A stretch of DNA of 64,000 bases from Vampirovibrio chlorellavorus (GCA_903866275.1 CAIPMU010000004.1:3812-67811); one strand, 5' to 3'; positions 19,313-29,735 are shown, counted from the first letter of the stretch. Notes: generated from the sequence alone by a model not told the origin. Translations and numbers: made by a program.

Positions 19313-19338
19313 AAAACCTGTAACATTGCTGTTACAGG
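19311..19338 (-). terminator. Intrinsic terminator hairpin with minus-strand U tract
   Basis: CCTGTAACA-TTGC-TGTTACAGG; A run on left side only. Confidence 0.65.
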
Positions 19339-19371
19339 GTTGGACATAGGCTGGGTTGAATCTATAGATTT

Positions 19372-19478
19372 TTCAATCTGTATTTAAAACAGGCCATGAA
19401 GTATTAAAGTTGGCTGGTGTGGCTCATCTGGAGGTCAAGCGTTATGCTATGCTCTGTCCGGTTTAAATACAAACTGAA
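19372..19478 (-). other. 17-bp imperfect inverted repeat (candidate ncRNA stem or MITE)
   Basis: TTCAATCTGTATTTAAA / TTTAAATACAAACTGAA; both mismatches are G-U pairs on the minus strand. Confidence 0.4.
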
Positions 19479-19747
19479 GTGATAACTGTCTCTCTATTTC
19501 TTATACTTGAATAAAAACAATCAAAATTTTGGAATTGCTAAAATCTATCCATTTATTACAAGTTGGATATAATAAATATACTTGCACTCATTGCAATGAC
19601 GCGGAATGAAGAGTCTTTGAGAATCCCATCCAACTGCGAGTAAGCACTTGTCGTTTATATGGACAAGCCATACTCTTCTGATTATCCAAAAGAAAAACCA
19701 CCAGAGCTTCCTCTAGTGGTACAAGGTGTGTCCAGTGGAGATATAAA

Positions 19748-20350
19748 CTAGGGTTGCGGAACCTCAGGGTTCTGGTCATTGTTCGCCAGAACTTCCAGGT
19801 TCAAATGGCGCGCTTTGGCACAGGCTTTACGTCGGTTCTTGAACAAACGCTCCAGGATGTGACTATAGCTGCTCAATAAAAACTGATAATCTTCCTTTTG
19901 AAGGTGCCCTTCGGCGCTACGGAGTAAAAAACGAGCCTGACGGTATTTCTTCAGGCGCAGAAGCAAGACCACGTTTTGGTCATAAAGGCTGGGAAGCAGA
20001 TAGGCCTGATGGGGTTTGATCTCCTGAAAGGCACGGGCGCAGCAATCCAGACCTTCACGGTACTTGCCAAGGACATCCAGAACTCCGGCGCTGGAAATCA
20101 GGGCTTCCACACTGTTGGGGTTCACGCTAAGGGCTTTGTTAAAGGCTTCCAGAGCCTCAGCATCTCGATTCAGGCAGTAAAGAATATCTCCCCGCAACAC
20201 CAGGGCACGTGTGTCAGAGGGTTCCAGGGCCAGGGTCTTATCCACCATCCCCAGAGCCGACTCGTAATCACCTTCATAGATGAATAAATCACCGGCCGTC
20301 TTTAAAAATCTTTCGGCAGAAATATTGAGCACTTTGGTCAGAAAATTCAT
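19748..20350 (-). CDS. Tetratricopeptide repeat protein
   Basis: TPR pattern ALVLRGDILYCLNRDAEALEAFNKALSVNP; GAGGTG SD before ATG 20350. Confidence 0.88.
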   Translation of the reverse strand: MNFLTKVLNISAERFLKTAGDLFIYEGDYESALGMVDKTLALEPSDTRALVLRGDILYCLNRDAEALEAFNKALSVNPNSVEALISSAGVLDVLGKYREGLDCCARAFQEIKPHQAYLLPSLYDQNVVLLLRLKKYRQARFLLRSAEGHLQKEDYQFLLSSYSHILERLFKNRRKACAKARHLNLEVLANNDQNPEVPQP

Positions 20351-20636
20351 CTGGCACCTCACTCGTCAGCGGACAGCGATTTGTTTTATTTATCTTATCA
20401 AAGCGTGAGTATTACACTCCTAGCGCTTACAGGCAAGCTCAACCAAAATGCAGGGCTACTCTGCCTGAAAAAAGTTTAAGCGGGGAACATCATCTATTTG
20501 TTTACTCTACAAGTGCCATAAGCAACAAAAGCCTCTACCCAACAATCAAATCAGGCAGGTAATAAATTTTAACAATCGACTCTTCTTGTAACAACTCGCA
20601 ACCTGTTTTTCCAAATATAGAGGGTATAACTGGACA

Positions 20637-20830
20637 GTTTCTGATAATGTGAACCTGAACCGACAAGCAAAGGGCATCATTAGTATTGAACGGCATGAAA
20701 ATATACGCCAGGCGGTACTCGCTGGTTCAGGTTGATATTAGGGATAACCGAGCAGTTCCAAGATTCAGAGGAGGCAGCTTGCCGCCTGAATAGCGGAAAA
20801 TCAGGTTACAGGCCCAAGTGGCGACAGACT
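20637..20830 (+). ncRNA. Candidate structured ncRNA (6S-like or cis-regulatory leader)
   Basis: AACCTGAACC/GGTTCAGGTT stem extended by TAATGT/ATATTA, further hairpins, promoter-like GGGTATAAC at 20622-20630. Confidence 0.35.
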
Positions 20831-20859
20831 TTTCAAGTGGAAATTGAATTAGAAGCATC

Positions 20860-22725
20860 ATGTTACAGCATTGGTCCTATATCTTTAGGCGAAAGATAGC
20901 CCGTACCCAGGCTTTCATACAGCTCAGCCGACGCCGGGCATCCCATTGGCGAAAATGGCCCACCGCGTTGAGTGTGGGACTTGTTGTTCTGTTGTCTGTT
21001 GGTCATACTCATTTTCCCGCCAGCGCCAACACCGTGTTGCGTGGCGCAACAACCCATACCGAGTATGTGGGAGCAACGGGAAAGCCCTATCGTCCTCAGC
21101 AAAGTATCATCCGACAGGCGGATCAACTGGCGGAAAACTACAAATTACAGGCCGCCGAGGTCCTCTACAAACTGGCCCTAAGCCAGAACCGTCAGAATCC
21201 GGGGGCGCTGAACGGCCTGGGGAAGATTGCCTTTTACAAAACAACGTCCTCCAACCAGAACTGGCGGGAGAAAACGGAAGCGTTACAGGCCGAGGCGATC
21301 AGTTACTTTATGGCAGCACTCCGTTACCAGCCCGGTTATGTGGAGGCTCATGTAAATCTGGCATCGGTGTACATGGAACAAAATCGCATGGGTGAAGCTG
21401 CCGATGAGCTGCAACGTGCCTTAAGGCTGGCGCCACTCAACAGCAATGCCCTTGCTCGTCGTGGGGAATGGCTGGTTCGCAACCAGCAACCCAATCAGGC
21501 CCTGCCAGTTCTACAGAAGGCGATTCGACTGAATTCGAAAAACGTGACAGCACATTACTATCTGGCAGTGGCTCAATCGGCCCGACATGAAGATGATGCC
21601 GCCTTGCAGAACCTCAATACGGCCCTGTGGCTTCAGCCTCATCACGGGCTGGCGCATTTGCAGATGGCGCAAATCTACGAGCGGCAGGGAAATGGTAGCG
21701 CAGCCGTGGAGCATTACAAGCAAGCCATTGCGATGGATCCGGAATTATCTTCGGCACGCACCGGGTTGGCGGAGTTATACGAAAAACGGGGCGATCGGGC
21801 TCTGGCGCAGGAGCAACTGAAGAATCTGTTTGACAGTCAGGAGCCGAATTGGGCATTAACAGATCACGTGGCACGACTGGCAATCCAGCAGGGGCAGGCG
21901 GAGCAAGCCATTAAGTTTTACCGCAAGTATCTGCAAACGCATCCTGATGATACGGTTCGAGCGAATAATGCCATTTCAGAGGCCAAAACCCGATTGGCCA
22001 CTCAAAAGCTTCGAGATTCTGATCTCATCAGTCTGGGAGAGGCTCATCGGTATGTGCAACAGGCGATCAAGTATCAGCCTAACAATGTAGAAGCGCGGAT
22101 GATTAAGGCCAAGCTGGATCGGGTGATTGGGAACTCCTCCCCGCTCAAGAACAAGAATTCCGGCTTGATCGACGCCTCTTTATCTCGTTCGGTTTATCAA
22201 CCGTATCAGAACTTTGAAAAGGGCGAACTGTTGCTCGCCCGTTACCAGTTCCGGGAGGCGGAACAAGCCTTCCGGGCCGCACGAAGAGCCGGAGATGGCA
22301 AACGCTCCGCATTGCAATACGGAGAGCTCTTTTTGGTCAAGGGCTTGCCGGGACTGGCAGAAGAGACGTTCAAACATGTGTTGGGGCAGATGCCTGATAG
22401 TGCATCGGCCCAACTGGGGCTGGGCAAAGCTCGGGAAGCCCGTGAGCAGTCCCAGATTATGGTGCAGGAAGCCCGCCTGAATCATCGTAAAAATGCCCTG
22501 CCTGTTGCTAGTCTCCTATTGGAACGCGCCCTGAAGGAAAACGTGGAGAACAGTCAGGCCCATTTGTTGCTGGCCGAGATTGAAGAAAAAACGGATGACT
22601 ATGCCAGCGCGGCCGATCATTATTACGCCTATCTGCAGCTAGAGCCTCTGGCGGCCAACGCCCATAGTGTCAAGCGCAGGATTGAACAATTGAAACGCAA
22701 GGCTCAGGAAGCCAACGCCCAGTAA
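20860..22725 (+). CDS. Exported/membrane-anchored multi-TPR protein
   Basis: Basic N-terminus plus hydrophobic stretch ending PASA, then many TPRs (AHVNLASVY, AHYYLAVA, AHLQMAQIY). Confidence 0.88.
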   Translation: MLQHWSYIFRRKIARTQAFIQLSRRRASHWRKWPTALSVGLVVLLSVGHTHFPASANTVLRGATTHTEYVGATGKPYRPQQSIIRQADQLAENYKLQAAEVLYKLALSQNRQNPGALNGLGKIAFYKTTSSNQNWREKTEALQAEAISYFMAALRYQPGYVEAHVNLASVYMEQNRMGEAADELQRALRLAPLNSNALARRGEWLVRNQQPNQALPVLQKAIRLNSKNVTAHYYLAVAQSARHEDDAALQNLNTALWLQPHHGLAHLQMAQIYERQGNGSAAVEHYKQAIAMDPELSSARTGLAELYEKRGDRALAQEQLKNLFDSQEPNWALTDHVARLAIQQGQAEQAIKFYRKYLQTHPDDTVRANNAISEAKTRLATQKLRDSDLISLGEAHRYVQQAIKYQPNNVEARMIKAKLDRVIGNSSPLKNKNSGLIDASLSRSVYQPYQNFEKGELLLARYQFREAEQAFRAARRAGDGKRSALQYGELFLVKGLPGLAEETFKHVLGQMPDSASAQLGLGKAREAREQSQIMVQEARLNHRKNALPVASLLLERALKENVENSQAHLLLAEIEEKTDDYASAADHYYAYLQLEPLAANAHSVKRRIEQLKRKAQEANAQ

Positions 22726-22982
22726 GGGGATAAAACTTCAAGGAAGGTGAGATAGCCACATTTTCAACCTGAAACTTGGTTAGGAAGGGATTGGGGCCTC
22801 TTGTCCAATTTTGGGAATATTGATGTTTGGGCTATAATCCACCATGGTTTCTAGGATTGAAATCTGTTTTAGTTTGACAGCCATTTTAAATGGACTTCGT
22901 TCAAACGACAGTCATTGAGCCTTAAGCCACTATTTCGATCAGCCAGTCTCAGGCAGAGTCTCCCGAACGAGCCCCCCCCGCC

Positions 22983-25727
22983 ATGTCCACCCCGATTGCG
23001 GTATCCCGCACCTCACTCTCAATTGACAAGCATTATCTGGAAGCAGAAATTCTGCCTCACGTCTTCAAGCCCGCGCGCTATCTGGGGCTGGAGCAAGGGG
23101 CCTTTCGCAAATCGTTCGAACGTGCTGCCGTGCGGATGGCCGTGGCCTTCCCGGATCTCTACGAGATCGGCTTTTCCAACTATGGCCTGAAACTACTCTA
23201 CTCGCTGGTGAACCGGCTGCCCAACGTGATGTGTGACCGGGTGTATGCCCCGGCCCCGGACTTTAAAGCCAAGCTGGCCGAGCATAATATGCCCCTCTAC
23301 GCGGTGGAAAGTCTGGTGCCACTCAAGCACTTTGATACCCTGGCGTTCTCCTTGCAGTACGAGCTGAACTACACCACCATTCTGGGTCTGCTGGATGCCG
23401 CCCAAATCCCCTTCCGCAGTGTGGAACGACAAACGGGCGACTGGCCCCTGTTGATTGCCGGTGGCCCCGGCAGCGCCAACCCTATGCCACTAGCCCCCTT
23501 CTTTGACGCCTTCATCATTGGTGACGGAGAAGAAGTGCTGGTGGAAATCATCGATGTGATTGAGCAAGCCAAGCGCGAACGGGTGAACAAGCCTACGCTG
23601 CTGAAACGCTTGGGTGAACTGGAAGGCCTTTACATCCCTGGCGTGACGGCCAAAGCTTACAAGCGCATTGTGGATATTGCTGAAAACCCGGTGGAATTGG
23701 CTCCGCTGATCCCTTTGATTGGCGCGGTACACGATCGGGTGACCATTGAGGCCCGCCGGGGTTGCGATCGCATGTGCCGGTTCTGCCAGCCCTGCTTTAT
23801 CAATTTGCCGGTGCGCGAGCAAAGCATAGAGAACATCAAGCAATCGGCCCTACGGGAGATCGAAAAGACAGGCTATGAGGAGTGTTCCCTTCTCTCGCTT
23901 TCTATTGCGGATTACTCTTACTTCAAACCGCTGATTCTGGAAGTGGCGGAAGCCCTGAAGGACGAGAACGTCTCGCTCAACCTGCCCAGTCAGCGGGCGG
24001 ATCGCTTTAGCTTGGACGTGGCCGAAGCTGTGCAGAGCATCCGCAAGAGTACGCTCACCTTTGCTCCGGAAGCCGGAACGGCTCGCCTGCGGGATGTGAT
24101 CAACAAGAACCTGACCGATGCGGAAATCATGAACGCGGTCACCACGGCTTACCGGGCCGGGTGGAACAAGGTCAAACTGTACTTTATGATTGGCCTGCCC
24201 ACGGAAACCCACGACGATCTGGACGGGATTCTGGACATTGTGAACCGCATGCAGCAAGCCTGCCTTGAAATTCGCCGTGAACCGGGGCTTTCCCGCAAAA
24301 GCATGCTGGAAATCAATGTCACGCTGTCCAATTTTGTGCCGAAGCCACATACGCCTTTTCAGTGGTTCCCGCAGGATACGATGGAGCAGCTCTACCACAA
24401 GATTGAATACCTCCGTGAGAAGTTCCGGCCTTTCCGGGGCGTGAAACTGAATTTCACCGACCCGGAGATCAGCAAGCTGGAGGCCGTTATCTCCCGCGCG
24501 GGCGCCGAGCTGGCCGATGTCATTGAGTCGGCCTATCATAAAGGGGCTTATCTCGATGCCTGGGAGGATCTCAACAACTTTGGCCGCTGGTTTGAAGCGC
24601 TTGAGGAAAAAGGGATCCATTACGAGGCCTACACCCGCGATCGCTGTTGCGATCCGGATGAAGTATTGCCCTGGGATGTCGTCGATGTAGGTCTCACCAA
24701 GGCCTGGCTGAAAACCGAATTCACCAAAGCCACGGAAGCCAGCAGCACCACGCCTTGTTTCGAGACATGCAGTGTCTGTGGGGTGTGTGGGGCGTATAGC
24801 ACCTGGCCCAAGTTTATCGAAACGCCAACCTTCAAGAACGTCAAGCGCATCGAAAACACGGAGTCTGAAGTGCCTGTGGCTCAGGAAAACTTACCGCAGG
24901 CCAAAAAAGATCCAGTGTGCAAAGTGCGCCTGAACATCGAGAAGCGCGGCGATTTGCGCTTTATCTCGCATCTGGACTGGTTACGCATGATGTACCGGGC
25001 GGTGTCGCGGGCCAAGTTACCGGTGGCCTATAGCCGGGGCTTTAATCCGCGCCCGAAAATTGCGTTTAGCCCGGCTTTGCCCCTGTTTACGGAAGCTCTG
25101 AGCGAGTACATCGACATTGAGCTGACCGAACGGCTGGACAATGTAAAATTGCGACTCAACCCCTACCTGCCCGGCTTGGGACAAGTGTTGGGAGAGAAAC
25201 TGCTCCCCATTGGAACCCCAAGCATTGATTCAAGTATCCACAGCGCGACATACCGGGCAACTTACTCCGTAAGCACGACTTGCGCGGACCCCTTGAATCA
25301 AGGTATTATGTTAGAGCGGATTGCATTTTTGAAATCCCAGGACACTTTGCCAGTCGAAGTGGAAAGCTGTGGGAAATCAAAAAATCGTCGCAACCGCGAC
25401 ACACAACCCATGAAAAAAGTTTTAGATTTAGTACCATACCTTGAAAACCTGTCGGTTGATGGCGATAACGCTGTAACATTCACACTCCGCCGTATCAACG
25501 CCGGAAGTCCGACCACCACCGAGGGAATCAGCAAGGTATTGCCAGGAAGTTATGACCAAGACAGTTCTGATTTGCCATACAAAGCCGCTGACAGTGAGGG
25601 GAACTCTGCTGCCTTCGGTGAGCATGACAGCGGGCTAGTCACCATCAAACCCTCCTGGGTGCTAGATTTAATCAATCCAACCGTAAAATGGTCCCTGACG
25701 CGGACCGGCATGGTGATGGTGCCGTAA
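22983..25727 (+). CDS. B12-binding radical SAM protein (TIGR03960-like) fused to radical SAM-linked domain (TIGR03936-like)
   Basis: KPARYLG, FPDLYEIG, RGCDRMCRFCQ, PKPHTPFQW; C-terminal RFISHLD...YSRGFNPRPKI; adjacent to rne. Confidence 0.92.
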   Translation: MSTPIAVSRTSLSIDKHYLEAEILPHVFKPARYLGLEQGAFRKSFERAAVRMAVAFPDLYEIGFSNYGLKLLYSLVNRLPNVMCDRVYAPAPDFKAKLAEHNMPLYAVESLVPLKHFDTLAFSLQYELNYTTILGLLDAAQIPFRSVERQTGDWPLLIAGGPGSANPMPLAPFFDAFIIGDGEEVLVEIIDVIEQAKRERVNKPTLLKRLGELEGLYIPGVTAKAYKRIVDIAENPVELAPLIPLIGAVHDRVTIEARRGCDRMCRFCQPCFINLPVREQSIENIKQSALREIEKTGYEECSLLSLSIADYSYFKPLILEVAEALKDENVSLNLPSQRADRFSLDVAEAVQSIRKSTLTFAPEAGTARLRDVINKNLTDAEIMNAVTTAYRAGWNKVKLYFMIGLPTETHDDLDGILDIVNRMQQACLEIRREPGLSRKSMLEINVTLSNFVPKPHTPFQWFPQDTMEQLYHKIEYLREKFRPFRGVKLNFTDPEISKLEAVISRAGAELADVIESAYHKGAYLDAWEDLNNFGRWFEALEEKGIHYEAYTRDRCCDPDEVLPWDVVDVGLTKAWLKTEFTKATEASSTTPCFETCSVCGVCGAYSTWPKFIETPTFKNVKRIENTESEVPVAQENLPQAKKDPVCKVRLNIEKRGDLRFISHLDWLRMMYRAVSRAKLPVAYSRGFNPRPKIAFSPALPLFTEALSEYIDIELTERLDNVKLRLNPYLPGLGQVLGEKLLPIGTPSIDSSIHSATYRATYSVSTTCADPLNQGIMLERIAFLKSQDTLPVEVESCGKSKNRRNRDTQPMKKVLDLVPYLENLSVDGDNAVTFTLRRINAGSPTTTEGISKVLPGSYDQDSSDLPYKAADSEGNSAAFGEHDSGLVTIKPSWVLDLINPTVKWSLTRTGMVMVP

Positions 25728-25867
25728 AGGCTGCCGGACAGTGCTCTCCCCCTGAGCGGACAAGCCAGTGGGTACGGACAATTCAGTTACTGAAGTTAAG
25801 CAGGTGAACCTTGCTTCCTGATGTTCAATTTTTGATACAAGTTTTTTAAATTTTAAGGATAGCACTC

Positions 25868-28141
25868 ATGGCAAAACGTAAAATTATCATTTCGGAGTTC
25901 GACAACATCGCGGCCTTAATGGAAGAGGACCGCGCGGTTGAATTTATCATTCACCGCGGCGATATGCTGCTGGGGGATGTCTATTTGGCTACGGTGGAAA
26001 ACATTCTACCCAGTATCGATGCCGCATTTGTGAACGTGGGCGGGGATAAAATGGGCTTTTTGCATTCCAGCGACGTACCGGGCAAAGGCGATCTCAAAGA
26101 ACGTCTGGAGCCCAAGCAAACGCTGGTCGTGCAGATTATGAAAGAACCCACAGGTCACAAAGGCCCACGGGTGAGCACCAACATCAGCTTGCCCGGCCGC
26201 TTTTTGGTAATGATGCCCGAATCCAAGGGGATCAGCATCAGCCGCAAGATTATGGAGACCGCTGAGCGTTCCCGCCTGAAGTCCGTGGTGAGCTTGATTA
26301 AGCCGCCCGGCGTGGGGGTGATCATCCGCACGGAAGCGGCAAACCAGAAAGAATCGGATATTACCGAAGACTTTGAGACTTTGCTGGAACGCTGGCAGAA
26401 CATTGTGTCGATGGCTGACACCGCCACCTCTCCCACTCTGTTATACCGGGATCAGGATTTGCTGTACCGGGTCATCCGGGAAGCGGTGACTGAAGACGTC
26501 ACAGAAATCGTGGTGGATAGCGCCTTTGGCCAGCAACGAGCTCAGCAGCTCCTGCAAAACTGGAACATGGAAAAAGGGGTGAAGGTCACTCATTATCAAG
26601 GCACTCAACCCATCTTGGTGGGGACCGGCGTAGATAAAGAGATCAAGCTGGCCCTGCAAACCAAGGTGCCTTTGCCCAGTGGCGGCTATCTCTACATCCA
26701 GCCAACTGAGGCTCTGACCGTGGTCGATGTGAACTCCGGGAAGTTCACCAGCCTGCAATCGCAAGCGGAAACCATCAAGCTCACCAACCTGGAGTCTTGC
26801 AAGGAAATCGCGCGTCAGCTGCGTCTGCGTAACATTGGCGGCATGATCGTGGTGGACTTTATCGATATGGAGTCTCGCGCCAATCAGTTGACCGTACTGC
26901 AAAGCTTTGAGAATGAATTGGCTCCGGACAAGGCCAAACCGCAAATTGGTCAGCTCTCTGATTTAGGGTTGGTAGAAATGACCCGGCACCGTCAGGGGCA
27001 ATCTCTCAGTGAGATTTTTACCCGTCGTTGCACCACTTGCAGTGGCACCGGGCATGCGCCCGAAGAGTTCAGCTGGGTCCACACCGGTGGCGACGGCGAA
27101 GGCCGTGGCCGTCAATCGCGGAACAAGTTGCCGGTGCGTCAACCTAATCGGATGCAGCAGGTGCCCAAGCCCGCGGCGTCACTCAGTCAGCGCAAGGACA
27201 AACCCCGGATTGCCATCGGTAATTTGGCCGATCCCAACGGCAAAAAGGAGCCACAGTCAACGGTAACCCCGGGAAATGTGCTCCTGAATAGTCTCTCAAC
27301 GCGCAAAACTGGTCCCCAAGTGCAGGAACCGCAAGAAACTTTGACTGAACACTTTGCCGAGAAGCTCTACAAATCATTAGGGATTCGCCTGGCCAATGCC
27401 GCGAAGCTGTCCTACATGCCTCAGGCTATTAACAGTATCCTGACCCGCATTAACCCCAAGGCGAACGACATTGTGACACTGGTACACTCTATCGAGATGG
27501 CGGCCAGTATGCCCGCACCGGTTCGTGAAGCCATGAATCGGGATTACGATGACGATGAAGTGGACAGCGATGGCGATGACGATGAAGCCGAAGTGCCCGA
27601 AGAGGCACCGGAGCGTGAACCGGTTGCCGTTGCCGCTCGGGGTCGGAGTGGGCGTGGTCGTCCGCCGCAAGCTGATAGCGAAGATATAGATGCTGAAAAC
27701 GATTCGGACACCGAGGAGATCCCCACGCGTAAGGGGCAGGGCCGTTTGGATTTCAATCTGGACAGCGTTGAACTTTTCCCTGCCAATGACGCCAATGATG
27801 ATGAACCAGAAGCTGTTGTGGCAACAGAACGCCCCCGCCGCGGTCGTCAACCCAAGCGTCAGGAGGAAGAGTCCGTTGACCTCGATGTATCGAATGCGTT
27901 GCTGCCGGATGTTGAAGCTATCGTGGAAGTTGCTGCCGACCATGAAGTGCTGCATAGTCTGAATGAAGATGACGACAATGTGGACGAGCTGGAAGACGAG
28001 ACCGACGAGGACTTGGATGAGGATGATGACGAGGATCCCATCAAATCTGCTGGGAATAAAGCATCCGGCTTGCCTGCCAAGCCCCGTCGCAAGGGCCGTC
28101 CTGCCAAGCGCAGCCTTAAAAAGCCCCCTGCCAAACGCTAG
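25868..28141 (+). CDS. rne: Ribonuclease E/G
   Basis: S1 domain, EALTVVDVNSG, LRLRNIGGMIVVDFIDM, CTTCSGTG Zn link; long acidic/basic C-terminal region. Confidence 0.95.
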   Translation: MAKRKIIISEFDNIAALMEEDRAVEFIIHRGDMLLGDVYLATVENILPSIDAAFVNVGGDKMGFLHSSDVPGKGDLKERLEPKQTLVVQIMKEPTGHKGPRVSTNISLPGRFLVMMPESKGISISRKIMETAERSRLKSVVSLIKPPGVGVIIRTEAANQKESDITEDFETLLERWQNIVSMADTATSPTLLYRDQDLLYRVIREAVTEDVTEIVVDSAFGQQRAQQLLQNWNMEKGVKVTHYQGTQPILVGTGVDKEIKLALQTKVPLPSGGYLYIQPTEALTVVDVNSGKFTSLQSQAETIKLTNLESCKEIARQLRLRNIGGMIVVDFIDMESRANQLTVLQSFENELAPDKAKPQIGQLSDLGLVEMTRHRQGQSLSEIFTRRCTTCSGTGHAPEEFSWVHTGGDGEGRGRQSRNKLPVRQPNRMQQVPKPAASLSQRKDKPRIAIGNLADPNGKKEPQSTVTPGNVLLNSLSTRKTGPQVQEPQETLTEHFAEKLYKSLGIRLANAAKLSYMPQAINSILTRINPKANDIVTLVHSIEMAASMPAPVREAMNRDYDDDEVDSDGDDDEAEVPEEAPEREPVAVAARGRSGRGRPPQADSEDIDAENDSDTEEIPTRKGQGRLDFNLDSVELFPANDANDDEPEAVVATERPRRGRQPKRQEEESVDLDVSNALLPDVEAIVEVAADHEVLHSLNEDDDNVDELEDETDEDLDEDDDEDPIKSAGNKASGLPAKPRRKGRPAKRSLKKPPAKR

Positions 28142-28167
28142 TTCACCCACGAAGCGTTATTAAGCTT

Positions 28168-28202
28168 AAAACGGCTGTCTGCATTCAACAGACAGCCGTT
28201 TT
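28168..28202. terminator. Bidirectional intrinsic terminator
   Basis: AAAACGGCTGTCTG-N7-CAGACAGCCGTTTT. Confidence 0.85.
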
Positions 28203-28301
28203 ATCATGTTCTTCGATCGATGCTGGACATAGCCCGATGCATTGTATGCAGGGCGATTCATGCATACAACGCATTCGTCACAGTAACCCACTGGCGAATG
28301 A

Positions 28302-28670
28302 CTAGAACTGGTAGGCCAGCAATCGTTCGACCACTTGTCCGCCCATAATGTGTTGTTCCACTATTTCCTGCACATCCCCTGGGGTGACGCTATGATACCA
28401 GACCCCCTCCGGGTAGATCAGCACCGCCGGTCCCACGGCACAAAGGCCAATAGAACCACAGGAGGTCACCATCACAGTACCGTCCAAACTGCCCCGCTTA
28501 CCGTACAGTAGTCCTTTTTCTGCGAGAACTTCCCAAAACTTACCCAACGTGGCCTCACTGTCGTTTTTGCTGCAGGATTTTCCAGTGCAGACAAAAATGT
28601 GCGTCTCCAAACGGGCCTTCGTGACAGGCGCCTTGAGCGCTAATTCTGTATCATCCATCATATTGTTCAT
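28302..28670 (-). CDS. Thioredoxin-like [2Fe-2S] ferredoxin
   Basis: HIFVCTGKSC...GLCAVGPAVLIYPEGVWY...IVEQHIMGGQVVERL; start uncertain. Confidence 0.88.
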   Translation of the reverse strand: MNNMMDDTELALKAPVTKARLETHIFVCTGKSCSKNDSEATLGKFWEVLAEKGLLYGKRGSLDGTVMVTSCGSIGLCAVGPAVLIYPEGVWYHSVTPGDVQEIVEQHIMGGQVVERLLAYQF

Positions 28671-28816
28671 CAGGCTGAAGATCGTACTCTGCTCGCGCCT
28701 GCTTGGCAAGATAACAGCAGGCTACCGAATTTGACCCGAAACATCTGAGCATTTAATTTTACGAGTGCTTTCTGTAAAGTAGAGTCAGCAGAGTTGAAGT
28801 TGAAGGAGTCTTCACG

Positions 28817-29305
28817 ATGGAACAAACCACTACGCAATCCAGTATCAAAGAAGCCATTGGTGCTGCAATAGGACGGATTCCCAGTGGAGTCTATGTCATC
28901 ATCGCCCGTCGGGGTGAACAAAAAATTGGGATGATGGGATCCTGGGTCGCCCAGGCGGGCTTTGAACCGCCCCGTGTTTCTGTGGCCATCTCTCCGGAGC
29001 GAGAGGTTTACAGCGCCATTCAGGAGAGTGGAAAGTTTAGCATCAACGTGCTGAGCAATGAAAATATGAACCTGATGAAAGCCTTTTCACGATATTCCCC
29101 GGAGCAGTTTGAAGGGTTGGACTTCACTGAGACCGAACAGGGCATAGTCCTGAATGAAGCGGTTGCCGTGATGCATTGCACCTTGCAAGGTCAGTTTGAA
29201 GGGGCCGACCACCATCTCTTGATTGGCGAAGTGATTGACGGCGCTTACCTGAACCACGAACTGGCCCCGATGGTGCATCTCCGCAAGTCCGGATTCAATT
29301 ATTAG
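28817..29305 (+). CDS. Flavin reductase family protein
   Basis: GRIPSGVYVI, SWVAQAGFEPP, ADHHLLIGEV, HLRKSGFNY. Confidence 0.9.
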   Translation: MEQTTTQSSIKEAIGAAIGRIPSGVYVIIARRGEQKIGMMGSWVAQAGFEPPRVSVAISPEREVYSAIQESGKFSINVLSNENMNLMKAFSRYSPEQFEGLDFTETEQGIVLNEAVAVMHCTLQGQFEGADHHLLIGEVIDGAYLNHELAPMVHLRKSGFNY

Positions 29306-29315
29306 TGTATCGCCG

Positions 29316-29663
29316 GTGATTACCGTATCGTGGCAAGCCAGCCAGCTGATTTTGCCTCTCAAGGTGACGCCCAAGGGGGGCCGAAACTGTATTTTGCCCT
29401 ATGCTCCGGGGGACAATGCCATCCGGATAAAGGTCGCATGCCCCCCGGAAGATGGCAAAGCCAATACAGCGGTTCTTTCGTTACTGGCTGAGTTGTTGGC
29501 GTTTCCAAAATCCCGCATTGAGCTGATACAGGGCGATAAATCTCGTCAAAAACGGGTTGCTCTGAGAGAAATTACCCATTCCGAAGCCCGGTTGTTGCTG
29601 GATAAACTGGCTGTAGCGATGCAGACCACGACAGATGATGCCTTTGATGGGCAGGTGGGTTAA
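29316..29663 (+). CDS. DUF167 (YggU/UPF0235) protein
   Basis: LKVTPK, PPEDGKAN, GDKSRQK. Confidence 0.88.
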   Translation: MITVSWQASQLILPLKVTPKGGRNCILPYAPGDNAIRIKVACPPEDGKANTAVLSLLAELLAFPKSRIELIQGDKSRQKRVALREITHSEARLLLDKLAVAMQTTTDDAFDGQVG

Positions 29664-29735
29664 AGCAGCGGAAGTCACTCTAATCGCGAAATCCTATTCT
29701 GAGACAGTCTCAATCGTTTTCAGAAGAGAAGTGAC

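Noticed and set aside
19372-19479. CRISPR-like GTTT...TGAA units
   Set aside because: Only two, inverted, about 20 nt long, no spacer array or cas genes
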